Below, piece after piece: positions 55,291 to 64,000 of a stretch of 64,000 bases of DNA. The stretch lies in contig OY970382.1 in assembly GCA_963719425.1 (NCBI GenBank), forward strand, positions 71,888-135,887, written 5' to 3'. Source of the DNA: an uncultured bacterium. GTDB taxonomy: Bacteria; Patescibacteriota; Minisyncoccia; UBA6257; 2-01-FULL-56-20. The first letter of the stretch is position 1; every line of letters starts with the position of its first letter. The notes under the pieces were generated by a model. The model searched no databases and had not been told where the DNA came from. It was given only the letters and a program-made list of their open reading frames with translations. The translations under genes were made by a program, and so were the position numbers.

Positions 55291-56564
55291 GGCCTGTAAA
55301 AAAGATCGTTCTCAAAAACGGTTTGCGCCTGATCCTTGTGCCGCAGCCCTCGGGGCTCGCGGCAAGCGTTTTGATACTGGTCACCACCGGGTCGGAATAC
55401 GAGACGAAAAACAGGAACGGAATCTCGCATTTTTTGGAGCATATGACCTTTAAGGGTACGGCACGCCGACCGCGGCCTGGGATGATCGCCGAGGAGATTG
55501 CGGCGTTGGGCGCCCAGTCCAATGCGTTCACCGCGCAGGAATTCACGGGCTATTGGGCGAAGGCGGAAGCGCGGAAGCTCCCCCAAATTTTTGATATCGT
55601 ATCCGATCTTTACTTGAACCCGCTCTTCGCACCAGAGGAGATAGAGAAAGAACGGGGAGTGATCATTGAGGAAATGAACATGTATGAGGATATGCCGATG
55701 CGGCGCGTGCAAGATGTGCTGCTCCGCCTCCTCTACGGAGACCAGCCGGCCGGCTGGAAGGTGGACGGTGAAAAGGAGATCGTAAAAAAGATTTCGCGGG
55801 AAGATTTTGTCGCGTACCGCAACGAACGATACGTGATGCCGGGGACGGTGGTAGTCGTTGCCGGGAAGTTCAATAAGAAAAGGGTAGTGGGCGAGGTGCG
55901 CCGCGCGTTCGGCGAAGCGAAGCGCTACCCCGTGCGTAAGAAAACGAAGACCCGCGAGCGCCAATCGGGGCCGCGGCTTGCGGTGAAATTCAAAGAGTCC
56001 GACCAGGGACACCTCGCCCTTGGCTTTCGGGCATTCAGTATCTTTGACCCACGGCGCTATGCGCTCCAGGTGCTCGCGGATGTTCTTGGAGGAGGGATGA
56101 GCTCGCGGCTTTGGAAGCGCGTGCGCGAGGAGCTCGGCGCGGCGTACTATGTGCAGGCGGAGGCCGATCTTTCCCTTGATCATGGCGTTCTGGGGATATC
56201 CGCCGGCGCGGATCGCGCGAGAATTGGGACCGTATTGGAAACCATTCTTGCGGAATGCCGGAAACTGAGCCGGGAATCGGTCCCCGAAAAGGAACTTCAG
56301 AAATCAAAGGACCATCTTATAGGAAGTCTCATCCTTGGCCTTGAGACCTCGGATGAGCTCGGCAGCTTTTATGGAGGGCAGGAGATCCTCACGAAGGCCC
56401 TTTTGCCGCCGGAACGAATTATAGATAGAATAAAGACGACGACGGCAGAGGAAGTGCGGGCGGTCGCCCGGACCATTTTCAAAAATAAAGGGCTCAATCT
56501 TGCCGTCATCGGGCCCTACCGCACCCGAGCCATGTTCAAAAAAATTCTCACGTTACCACGATGA
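55287..56564 (+). CDS. M16-family zinc peptidase (insulinase-like)
   Basis: HFLEHMTFKG (HxxEH). Start ATG overlaps the upstream stop (ATGA). Confidence 0.8.
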   Translation: MRPVKKIVLKNGLRLILVPQPSGLAASVLILVTTGSEYETKNRNGISHFLEHMTFKGTARRPRPGMIAEEIAALGAQSNAFTAQEFTGYWAKAEARKLPQIFDIVSDLYLNPLFAPEEIEKERGVIIEEMNMYEDMPMRRVQDVLLRLLYGDQPAGWKVDGEKEIVKKISREDFVAYRNERYVMPGTVVVVAGKFNKKRVVGEVRRAFGEAKRYPVRKKTKTRERQSGPRLAVKFKESDQGHLALGFRAFSIFDPRRYALQVLADVLGGGMSSRLWKRVREELGAAYYVQAEADLSLDHGVLGISAGADRARIGTVLETILAECRKLSRESVPEKELQKSKDHLIGSLILGLETSDELGSFYGGQEILTKALLPPERIIDRIKTTTAEEVRAVARTIFKNKGLNLAVIGPYRTRAMFKKILTLPR

Positions 56565-57580
56565 TGGAGAAACGGCTCTATGAAATTTCCTGGGCAAGCT
56601 TGTGGCGAATGCTTCTCTTCGTCGTTTTAGTCGCGATTTTGTACGAAGGGAGGCAGATCATCCTCGGGCTTTTCCTTGCCATTATCATTTCTTCTGGCCT
56701 TGAGTGGTTCGTGGATATTCTTGAGCGCGCAGGGCTCCCACGCAGCGTGGGCGTAATTCTCATATTCCTCGCCGCGGTCGTCCTGCTTGTCTTTATCATT
56801 TATTCCCTTGCCCCTGTTATCATCGTGGAGTTGAACACGATTTTCTCCGGCAGCGGGCAGGGAGTGACGAGCAGCTGGGGGGCGCTCTTGAGCTTGAAGG
56901 CATCGCAGTCCGTGAGTGGCTTCGTGAGTAAGTTTTCTTCATCACTTTTTGCGGGCAATACTTCGCCCTTGGATCTCTTTTCCAATGCCGTAGGAAGCGT
57001 GGGGCTCGTTGTAGCCGTCATTCTCTGCTCGTTTTATCTGAGTTTGAGCAAAGACGGGGTGGAGCGGTTCCTCCGGGTGGTCGTTCCGCCGGCGTATGAA
57101 GCGACGGCTCTCACCATCTACGAACGCTCGCGAAAGCTCATCAGCTCGTGGTTCCGCATGCAGATTCTCTTGAGTTTCATCTTCGGATTTACGGTGTGGG
57201 CCGGCCTTGCACTCCTCGGCGTGAAGTATAGTTTCCTTATCGCATTTCTCGCGGGCATTTTTGAACTCGTGCCGTTCGTGGGGCCGTTTCTTTCCGGCGC
57301 GCTTGCCGTAATCTCGGCGCTCTCCACGTCTACAACGCTCGCAATCTACACGTTGATATTCTTCGTCATCGCCGAACAGTTTGAGGCAAACGTTCTTGTG
57401 CCGCTCCTGAACCAGCAGATCGTGGGTATCCATCCGGTCATCGTGATCGTCGCATTGCTCATCGGCGCCGAGGTGGGCGGCGTTTTGGGCATCATCATTT
57501 CGGTTCCTGCCGCAGGTATCTTCCAGGAGGTTATTCAGGAGTGGTCAACCAAACGACGCAGCACGACAACGGCAACGTAA
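56561..57580 (+). CDS. AI-2E family transporter (UPF0118/PerM-like)
   Basis: 8 TM. FLAGIFELVPFVGPFLSGALAVISAL. Confidence 0.8.
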   Translation: MMEKRLYEISWASLWRMLLFVVLVAILYEGRQIILGLFLAIIISSGLEWFVDILERAGLPRSVGVILIFLAAVVLLVFIIYSLAPVIIVELNTIFSGSGQGVTSSWGALLSLKASQSVSGFVSKFSSSLFAGNTSPLDLFSNAVGSVGLVVAVILCSFYLSLSKDGVERFLRVVVPPAYEATALTIYERSRKLISSWFRMQILLSFIFGFTVWAGLALLGVKYSFLIAFLAGIFELVPFVGPFLSGALAVISALSTSTTLAIYTLIFFVIAEQFEANVLVPLLNQQIVGIHPVIVIVALLIGAEVGGVLGIIISVPAAGIFQEVIQEWSTKRRSTTTAT

Positions 57581-57582
57581 GC

Positions 57583-59013
57583 ATGGACCGGTTTTACGTT
57601 ACGACCCCCATTTATTACGTGAACGATAAGCCGCATATCGGCCATGCGTACACGACGATCGTGGCGGACATGCTCGCGCGCTCACGGCGCGCGTACGGCG
57701 AGGACGTGTGCTTCCTTACCGGCACCGACGAGTTTGCGCAGAAGACTGTGGACGCGGCGAAGAAGGCGGGAGAGGAAACGCAGGCCTATGCCGACCGGAT
57801 GGCCGCAATATGGCGCTCCACATGGGAAAAACTCGGCATCTCCAATACGGATTTTATCCGCACGACCGAGCCGAGGCACATGGAGGTCGTGCAGGAGGTT
57901 TGGCGGCGCGTGCAGGCTGCCGGGGATATCTACAAGGGGCAATACCAGGGGCTCTATTGCAAAGGCTGTGAGGCCTTCAAAAACGAGGACGAACTCACGG
58001 ACGGTCTCTGTCCGGAGCATAAGACGAAGCCCGAACTCGTATCCGAGGAAAATTATTTCTTCCGACTTTCCAAATATCAAAAGAGGCTTCTGGATTTCTA
58101 CGACACACAAAGTGACTTCGTCACGCCCGCGTATCGCCTCAATGAGGTAAGGAGTTTCGTCGCGGCGGGCCTTGAGGATATCAGTATTTCCCGCGAGAAG
58201 CGTTCGTGGGGGATCCCGGTGCCGGACGATCCGGGACAGGTAATCTACGTATGGTTTGACGCGCTCGTCAATTACATTTCGGCGGTCGGCATTGAGGGAT
58301 GGGAAGCGCATCCGGCGGACGCCCACGTGATGGCGAAAGACATCATCCGTTTCCATGCAGTGATCTGGCCCGCGATGCTCATGTCTGCGGGACTGCCGCT
58401 CCCGGGGCAGGTCGTCGTCCACGGTTTCTTCACCGTGAATGGCGTGAAAATATCAAAGTCACTGGGGAACGTGATTGATCCACTGGACATTGCGAAAAAA
58501 TACGGCACCGACGCCCTTCGCTACTTCCTGCTCCGCGAGATACCGTTCGGGGAGGACGGGGATTTTTCGGAAGCGAAGGCGGGGGAGCGATACCGAAGCG
58601 ACCTTGCGAACGGATTGGGGAATTTTGCCGCGCGCGTGCTCACGCTCGCGGAAAAAGAGGAATTGGCATGCGCGTTGCCGAGCCACGAATTTGAGGAGCG
58701 AATCGCGGAAATGAAGCGTATCGTGCACGCAAAGATGGGCGAGTACAGGTTTTCGGAGGCGCTTGCGGCCGTTTGGGCGGCGATCGCGTTCGGCGATCGT
58801 TATATGGAGGAGAAAAAGGCCTGGGGGATAAAGGACGAGGCGAAACGGAGGCTCGTGCTCTGCAATCTCACGCTCCTCTTGGAGAGTGTTGCCGAGGCAC
58901 TCGTGCCGTTCCTGCCGGACGCGGCCGCAAAGATACGCGGGGCGATCGTGCGGAACGAAGAGGTCCTGACCGCAAAGAAAACGGAGAGCCTTTTCCCACG
59001 GCTCAAAGAATAG
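57583..59013 (+). CDS. metG: Methionine--tRNA ligase (minimal form, no C-terminal dimerisation domain)
   Basis: PIYYVNDKPHIGHAYTTIVADMLAR (HIGH). KISKSLGN (KMSKS). Confidence 0.9.
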   Translation: MDRFYVTTPIYYVNDKPHIGHAYTTIVADMLARSRRAYGEDVCFLTGTDEFAQKTVDAAKKAGEETQAYADRMAAIWRSTWEKLGISNTDFIRTTEPRHMEVVQEVWRRVQAAGDIYKGQYQGLYCKGCEAFKNEDELTDGLCPEHKTKPELVSEENYFFRLSKYQKRLLDFYDTQSDFVTPAYRLNEVRSFVAAGLEDISISREKRSWGIPVPDDPGQVIYVWFDALVNYISAVGIEGWEAHPADAHVMAKDIIRFHAVIWPAMLMSAGLPLPGQVVVHGFFTVNGVKISKSLGNVIDPLDIAKKYGTDALRYFLLREIPFGEDGDFSEAKAGERYRSDLANGLGNFAARVLTLAEKEELACALPSHEFEERIAEMKRIVHAKMGEYRFSEALAAVWAAIAFGDRYMEEKKAWGIKDEAKRRLVLCNLTLLLESVAEALVPFLPDAAAKIRGAIVRNEEVLTAKKTESLFPRLKE

Positions 59014-59014
59014 C

Positions 59015-59884
59015 ATGGAGTTTTTTGACGCGCATGCACATATGCAGTTTTCCGCATACGACGTCGACCGCGCATCGGTGATCCGGCGCGCAGAGGACGC
59101 GGGCGTCCGCGTCGTGAACATAGGCACCCAGCGCGACACCTCCGCGCGCGCCGTCGCGCTTGCGGAACAGCATGCCGGATTCTACGCTGCGGTGGGGCTC
59201 CATCCCATCCATACAAGCGAGTCGTACCATGATGCGGACGAGCTTGGCGGGGGCGAGGCGGCGAAGGCGTTCACCTCGCGTGGCGAAATATTCGACGCCG
59301 ATCATTACAGGACGCTTGCCCTTCATCCGAAAACGGTTGCGATCGGGGAATGCGGTCTTGATTATTTCCGTTTCAACGAGGACGAGAGCCGCGAGGAGCA
59401 AATAGAAAGACAGAAAGCGGCGTTCCTCGCGCAGATAGCATTCGCGCGCGAAGTGAAAAAGCCGCTCATGATCCATTGCCGCGACGCGTTCGCGGACCTC
59501 GTTCATTTATTGAAGGACAACGCATCCGGGTTTCCCGCCAGCGGTCCCGGTATCATTCACTTTTTCACTGGCAGCACCGCAGACGCAAAACAGCTGCTTG
59601 ATCTTAGATTTTATTTCACATTCGGCGGCGCGATCACGTTTCCACCGCGGAAAGGGAAAGCCGAAGGTGACTACGATGCGATCGTGAAAATGATTCCGGT
59701 GGACAAAATCTTATCCGAGACCGACGCGCCCTATGTCGCGCCCGCGCCCTATCGCGGCAAGCGCAATGAACCCGCCTACGTAGTTGAGGTGGTTAAAAAA
59801 CTCGCCGAGCTCAAAGGTATTTCTTTTGAAAAAATGGCGGAGCAGGTATTTCGGAATGCCCAGCGGATTTTCATAACATCTTGA
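59015..59884 (+). CDS. tatD: TatD-family metal-dependent DNase
   Basis: FFDAHAHMQF...IGECGLDYFR...ETDAPYVAPAPYRGKRNEPAYV. Confidence 0.85.
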   Translation: MEFFDAHAHMQFSAYDVDRASVIRRAEDAGVRVVNIGTQRDTSARAVALAEQHAGFYAAVGLHPIHTSESYHDADELGGGEAAKAFTSRGEIFDADHYRTLALHPKTVAIGECGLDYFRFNEDESREEQIERQKAAFLAQIAFAREVKKPLMIHCRDAFADLVHLLKDNASGFPASGPGIIHFFTGSTADAKQLLDLRFYFTFGGAITFPPRKGKAEGDYDAIVKMIPVDKILSETDAPYVAPAPYRGKRNEPAYVVEVVKKLAELKGISFEKMAEQVFRNAQRIFITS

Positions 59885-60050
59885 CCGGCGGAAGTTCTCG
59901 TATTATCCTAAAAGATGTTCCTTTTGGGCGTTTTTCTTAACCCGGCCGCGCCGCCTCGGCGCGGCCCCAACCAAGTCCCCGTTGGTGATTTTGACCAACG
60001 GGGCAAATTCTTTTCAATGCCCGCAAATCGGTTTACAATATGAAATATCT

Positions 60051-63000
60051 ATGTCCAAATACGAACCGAAGGATTTTGAGGCGAAATGGCAGAAAAAATG
60101 GCTGGAGGAAGGTGTCTATGAACCGGACTTAGATAAAGCAAAGAAACCGTTCTACAACCTAATGATGTTTCCGTACCCCTCGGCGGAGGGGTTACATGTG
60201 GGAAACATGTACGCGTTCACGGGCGCGGACATCTACGGGCGGATGAAGCGCATGCAGGGCAATGACGTGTTTGAACCGATCGGCCTGGACGGTTTCGGCA
60301 TCCATTCGGAAAATTATGCGCTGAAGATCGGTGCGCATCCGATGGACCGGGCAAAGGTTTCGGAGGAGCGTTTTTATAAACAGCTCGCCGCCATCGGCAA
60401 CGGTTTTGCGTGGAACGAGCGATTGGAGACCTATGACCCCGAATACTACCGCTGGACGCAGTGGATCTTCGTCCAAATGTGGAAGCACGGCCTTGCGTAC
60501 CGAAAAAAGCAGTCGGTCAATTGGTGCCCGAAGGACCAGACGGTGCTTGCCGATGAACAGGTGATCGCGGGCGCCTGTGAGCGCTGTGGGACGCCGGTCA
60601 TCCAAAGGGAGCTTGAGCAATGGTTTTTCAAAATCACCGAGTACGCCGGCCGTCTGCTCAAGAATCTGGAAACGTTGGATTGGTCGGAAAAAGTGAAAAT
60701 CGCGCAGAAGAAATGGATAGGGAAGTCGGAAGGAGCGGTAATAGAATTTCCGATAAAAACTGATGTAAAAAAAGTTGTACTGATGCATGGTAAAGATACG
60801 AATCCCAGTCAAAAATGGTACCCCTGGATGATTAAAGAAATTAAAAAAAGGAAAATTGAATGTGTCGCTCCTTATTTGCCCAATCCAAACAATCCAGAGA
60901 TTGATGCTTGGATTAAAGAAGTTGAAAAGACACATCCGGACAAAAATACTGTTTTAGTAGGTCACTCCCGCGGCGGGGTCGCGATTTTGCGATGGTTGGA
61001 AAGTATGCCGAGGGGCGATAAGGTTAAGCAGGTGATCTTGGTAGCGGCCAACAGAGGAGACAATAAAGAATCGGATGGTAAGTTTTTAGGGAAACCGTAT
61101 AATTTCGAAAAAATAAAATCGCATTGCGATGATTTTGTGGTTTTACATTCCCGCGATGACGAATGGGTGCCCTTTGAAGTGGGAGAATATCTTGCGAAGG
61201 GGTTAAACGCCGATTTCCTGATTTTTGATGGGAAGGGGCATTTTGGAAAATATTTAAAATCGCCCGAAATTCCAGAAATCATCGCTAAACTTTTCCCTTC
61301 GATTAGGGTTTTCACGACGAGGCCGGATACGCTTTTCGGCGCGACCTACATGGTGCTCGCGCCCGAGCATCCGTTGGTTGCGCAGCTTGAATCTCGTATC
61401 GCCAATTTGAGCGAGGTGAAGAAATATATAAAGAATGCGAAGGATAAAACCGACGCCGAGCGCATCGCGGAAGGAAAAGAGAAAAGCGGCGTGGAGCTGA
61501 AAGGCATCAGGGCCATCAATCCGGCCACCAAAGAAGAAATACCGATTTGGGTCGCCGACTATGTTTTGGCGATCTATGGAACGGGCGCCATTATGGCCGT
61601 TCCCGCGCACGACGGGCGCGACTTTGCGTTTGCAAAGAAGTTCAGGCTGCCTATCAGGAAAGTGGTAATTCCCGTTTTGCGCTCGCAATCGGCCATAGCG
61701 GGGGCTACCGGGATTGCGGAGAGCGGGATTTCGATTGAAAGCGAAATGTGGGAAGGGGACGGCGAGCTTGTGGATTCCGGGGAGTTTGATGGCATGGATT
61801 CTGAAAAAGCGAAGTGGGAAATCGCGAAATTTGTGGGCGGCGAGCGGAAAACGACCTACCGCCTGCGCGACTGGCTTATCTCGCGCCAGCGCTACTGGGG
61901 GCCGCCGATCCCGATGGTGCACTGCGAAGCGTGCGCGCGTGCGAAAAAAGGCGAGCATGCGGACATGCCCGGTTGGTATGCGGTGCCCGAGGAAGACCTG
62001 CCCGTGAAGCTTCCCTATGTGAAGGATTTCCGTCCGACGGGGAGCGGTGTTTCACCTCTCGCTGCAGTGAAGGAATTTTATGAGACCAAGTGCCCCGCGT
62101 GCGGCGGCCCCGCGCGGCGGGAAACGGACGTATCGGACACATTCCTGGATTCGGCGTGGTACTATCTCCGCTATCTTGATCCGCAGAATACGAAGGGAGC
62201 GTTCAATTACAAGCGGACTGAGAAATGGCTGCCGATAGAAAAAGGAACCGCCACGCGGCTCTACACGGGCGGCGCGGAGCACTCGGTACTTCACCTGCTC
62301 TATGTGCGATTCGTGGCGATGGCGCTTGCCGATTGGGGATTCGTCGTCTCGCCGGAACCGTTCAAAAAATTCCGCGCGCACGGGTTGCTCATCAAAGAAG
62401 GCGCCAAAATGTCCAAATCCAAAGGCAACGTCATCAATCCTGACGAATACATTCAGAAATTCGGCGCGGACACGCTGCGGATGTACCTTATGTTCTTGGC
62501 GCCATTTGAGGACGGCGGCGATTTCCGCGACCAGGCGATCCTCGGTATTCTCCGTTTTTTGGAGCGTGTGTGGAAATTGGGCGAGGCGGTCGCCTCCGAA
62601 AAACGGATGGACAGCGCCCCCACGAGCGCAAAAAGAAAAGGAAGCAGAGTGATCGCGATTGCAGTGAAAAAGGTATCCGAGGACATCGAGCGGCTGCACT
62701 ACAACACCGCGGTGAGCGCGCTCATGATATGCCTCCGCGCGCTGGAAGAGGAACGTGAAGAGGGATATGTCGCCCGCGGGGACTTTGAAACATTTCTGAA
62801 ACTGCTCGCGCCCTTCGCGCCGCACATCGCAGAGGAACTTTGGCGCAGCGCCCTCGGCGAGGTTGCCTCCGTCCATCGCGCCGCATGGCCAGTATACGAT
62901 CCGGCGCTTATCGCGCAGGAGTCGATCGCGCTCGTCGTCCAGGTGAACGGCAAGGTGCGCGACGTAATTGCGGCGGATGCCTCCACCATCACCGAGGCGG

Positions 63001-63113
63001 CCGCGAAGGAACTCGCGCTCCGGAGCAAAAAGGTGCAAAATGCTCTGGGGGGCCGGACGCCCGCAAAGGTCATTTATGTAGATAAAAAACTAGTGAATAT
63101 CGTACTTCCATAA
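60051..63113 (+). CDS. leuS: Leucine--tRNA ligase carrying an in-frame ~183-aa alpha/beta serine-hydrolase (YdeN/RBBP9-type) insertion (about 60757-61305) between the KWIGKSEG strand and the CP1 editing domain
   Basis: HVGNMYAFTGADIYGR (HIGH). Zn-1 CPKDQ...CERCG. Insertion VVLMHGKDTNPSQKWYPW...TVLVGHSRGGVAILRWLE...VVLHSRDDEWV...GKGHFG. Then canonical CP1 VFTTRPDTLFGATYMVLAPEHP. KMSKSKGN later. Insertion DNA is conspicuously AT-rich. Confidence 0.9.
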   Translation: MSKYEPKDFEAKWQKKWLEEGVYEPDLDKAKKPFYNLMMFPYPSAEGLHVGNMYAFTGADIYGRMKRMQGNDVFEPIGLDGFGIHSENYALKIGAHPMDRAKVSEERFYKQLAAIGNGFAWNERLETYDPEYYRWTQWIFVQMWKHGLAYRKKQSVNWCPKDQTVLADEQVIAGACERCGTPVIQRELEQWFFKITEYAGRLLKNLETLDWSEKVKIAQKKWIGKSEGAVIEFPIKTDVKKVVLMHGKDTNPSQKWYPWMIKEIKKRKIECVAPYLPNPNNPEIDAWIKEVEKTHPDKNTVLVGHSRGGVAILRWLESMPRGDKVKQVILVAANRGDNKESDGKFLGKPYNFEKIKSHCDDFVVLHSRDDEWVPFEVGEYLAKGLNADFLIFDGKGHFGKYLKSPEIPEIIAKLFPSIRVFTTRPDTLFGATYMVLAPEHPLVAQLESRIANLSEVKKYIKNAKDKTDAERIAEGKEKSGVELKGIRAINPATKEEIPIWVADYVLAIYGTGAIMAVPAHDGRDFAFAKKFRLPIRKVVIPVLRSQSAIAGATGIAESGISIESEMWEGDGELVDSGEFDGMDSEKAKWEIAKFVGGERKTTYRLRDWLISRQRYWGPPIPMVHCEACARAKKGEHADMPGWYAVPEEDLPVKLPYVKDFRPTGSGVSPLAAVKEFYETKCPACGGPARRETDVSDTFLDSAWYYLRYLDPQNTKGAFNYKRTEKWLPIEKGTATRLYTGGAEHSVLHLLYVRFVAMALADWGFVVSPEPFKKFRAHGLLIKEGAKMSKSKGNVINPDEYIQKFGADTLRMYLMFLAPFEDGGDFRDQAILGILRFLERVWKLGEAVASEKRMDSAPTSAKRKGSRVIAIAVKKVSEDIERLHYNTAVSALMICLRALEEEREEGYVARGDFETFLKLLAPFAPHIAEELWRSALGEVASVHRAAWPVYDPALIAQESIALVVQVNGKVRDVIAADASTITEAAAKELALRSKKVQNALGGRTPAKVIYVDKKLVNIVLP

Positions 63114-64000
63114 TGACGCGCGTTATCTTTGTGATAGTGATTATTTTCGTCCTTGGCGCGCTGCTTTATTTTTTCAGCACGGGCCACACCAGTTTCAAGC
63201 TTTTCCCTCTCATTCCTCCGGCGCCCTCGTCTTCGTACCAAGCCGCTTCTTCGGCGCAGTCGTACGCGGTTTCCAATCCCGCCTCCACCACTATAACGGC
63301 GGCGCCCACTCCCACTTCCACCGCCACCACCACCACCTCCTCTCCGGTGAACGTTCCCGAAGGGTTTACGGCAGACGAACTCTCACCGTACTACGGGCAA
63401 GTTCGCTTCGGCGGCGTATCCCCCTCGTATTCTTATTACTACGGTTCCTACGGCCAGATTACGCTCTACGCGTATCCTGTGAACCAGTCATCAAGCATTG
63501 ACGTAACAGGATGGGAGATCAAAGGGAACCAGGGTGGTGAATATATTCCCCAAGCCGTCAATATTTACGATCCGCTGGGGTTGAATCCTTCCACAGACAT
63601 CTTCCTCAAGAGCAGCGACTATCTGAATCTTTACTCGGACTCCGCGCCAGTGAATCTCCGGCTCAACGAATGCGTCGGCTATCTTCCGAATCAGAGCCAG
63701 TTCAATCCTTCGTTGCCGCAGAACTGTCCCTACGTTGACTGGTCGGAGATCCAAACGTTCAGCGGCGCGTGCCAGAATTACATTCTTTCGCTCGGCAGCT
63801 GCCAACGTCCCAACTTCAACAGTTTTTCCATTCCGCAAAACGATTATGCCTGCTTGAATTATTTAAATACCCACTTTAACTATCTCTCGTGCTTCAATGC
63901 GCACTACGGCGATTCCGGTTTTCTTTCTCACGAGGTACGCGTGTGGATGGGGGCGAGCCCCATTGACCAGTTCCACGATCGTGTGGAGCTACTTGATAGG
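63113..64000 (+). CDS. Hypothetical secreted/membrane-anchored protein (3' truncated by window edge)
   Basis: ATG overlaps the leuS stop (TAATG). Hand translation shows no stop through 64000: MTRVIFVIVIIFVLGALLYFFSTGHTSFKLFPLIPPAPSSS...TPTSTATTTTSSPVNVPEG... (TM plus Thr/Ser/Pro linker plus Cys-containing domain). Absent from the ORF track because there is no in-window stop. Confidence 0.45.
   Translation, partial: MTRVIFVIVIIFVLGALLYFFSTGHTSFKLFPLIPPAPSSSYQAASSAQSYAVSNPASTTITAAPTPTSTATTTTSSPVNVPEGFTADELSPYYGQVRFGGVSPSYSYYYGSYGQITLYAYPVNQSSSIDVTGWEIKGNQGGEYIPQAVNIYDPLGLNPSTDIFLKSSDYLNLYSDSAPVNLRLNECVGYLPNQSQFNPSLPQNCPYVDWSEIQTFSGACQNYILSLGSCQRPNFNSFSIPQNDYACLNYLNTHFNYLSCFNAHYGDSGFLSHEVRVWMGASPIDQFHDRVELLDR

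Noticed and set aside
60192-63038. Minus-strand ORFs (60192..60935, 61254..61958, 62052..63038) inside leuS
   Set aside because: They are antisense to a fully motif-supported LeuRS frame.

Overview
This 64 kb window is high-GC bacterial chromosome with dense, mostly co-directional coding and very short intergenic spacers. Three tRNA-synthetase genes are present. The alaS gene appears short and the rpoA gene appears truncated. There are many TM-anchored hypothetical proteins and a giant DUF11-repeat surface protein. Together these suggest an uncultivated, reduced-genome lineage such as CPR/Patescibacteria; this is an inference, not a database result.

The core content is a housekeeping backbone:
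- A dnaG-rpoD macromolecular-synthesis operon.
- A ribosomal cluster: infA-rpmJ-rpsM-rpsK-rpsD-rpoA-rplQ-rplM-rpsI.
- Aminoacyl-tRNA synthetases alaS, valS, metG and leuS.
- metK preceded by a clear SAM-I riboswitch with a terminator expression platform.
- Class II ribonucleotide reductase nrdJ, tsaD, xseA/xseB, dinB, tatD, a tRNA-Pro(GGG), and an rpmB-like gene.

Accessory and unusual content:
- A 1.4k-aa DUF11/Ig-like-repeat surface protein with a peptidoglycan-binding tail and ~690-bp near-identical internal repeats.
- Two hicB-hicA toxin-antitoxin pairs.
- An AT-rich islet (about 9.1-11.1 kb) between rpoD and alaS. It is bounded by a ~150-bp perfect long hairpin and carries two unknown proteins plus the first HicBA pair.
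- A second AT-rich islet next to tRNA-Pro, encoding an HTH plus DUF559/Vsr-like nuclease protein.
- An RPH-like PEP-utilising enzyme.
- A frameshifted secreted beta-helix protein.
- Several structured noncoding regions that may be ncRNAs, at 28.6-29.05 kb, 44.03-44.29 kb and 45.97-46.08 kb.

The most striking observation is an in-frame, AT-rich, ~180-aa YdeN/RBBP9-type alpha/beta serine-hydrolase domain inserted into leuS immediately upstream of the CP1 editing domain. A stand-alone paralog of this hydrolase sits at 22.7-23.3 kb. This aaRS architecture appears undescribed.

A conserved AATTTTTTAATG motif recurs upstream of five small accessory genes. All coordinates and translations were read by eye from the sequence and the supplied ORF track.
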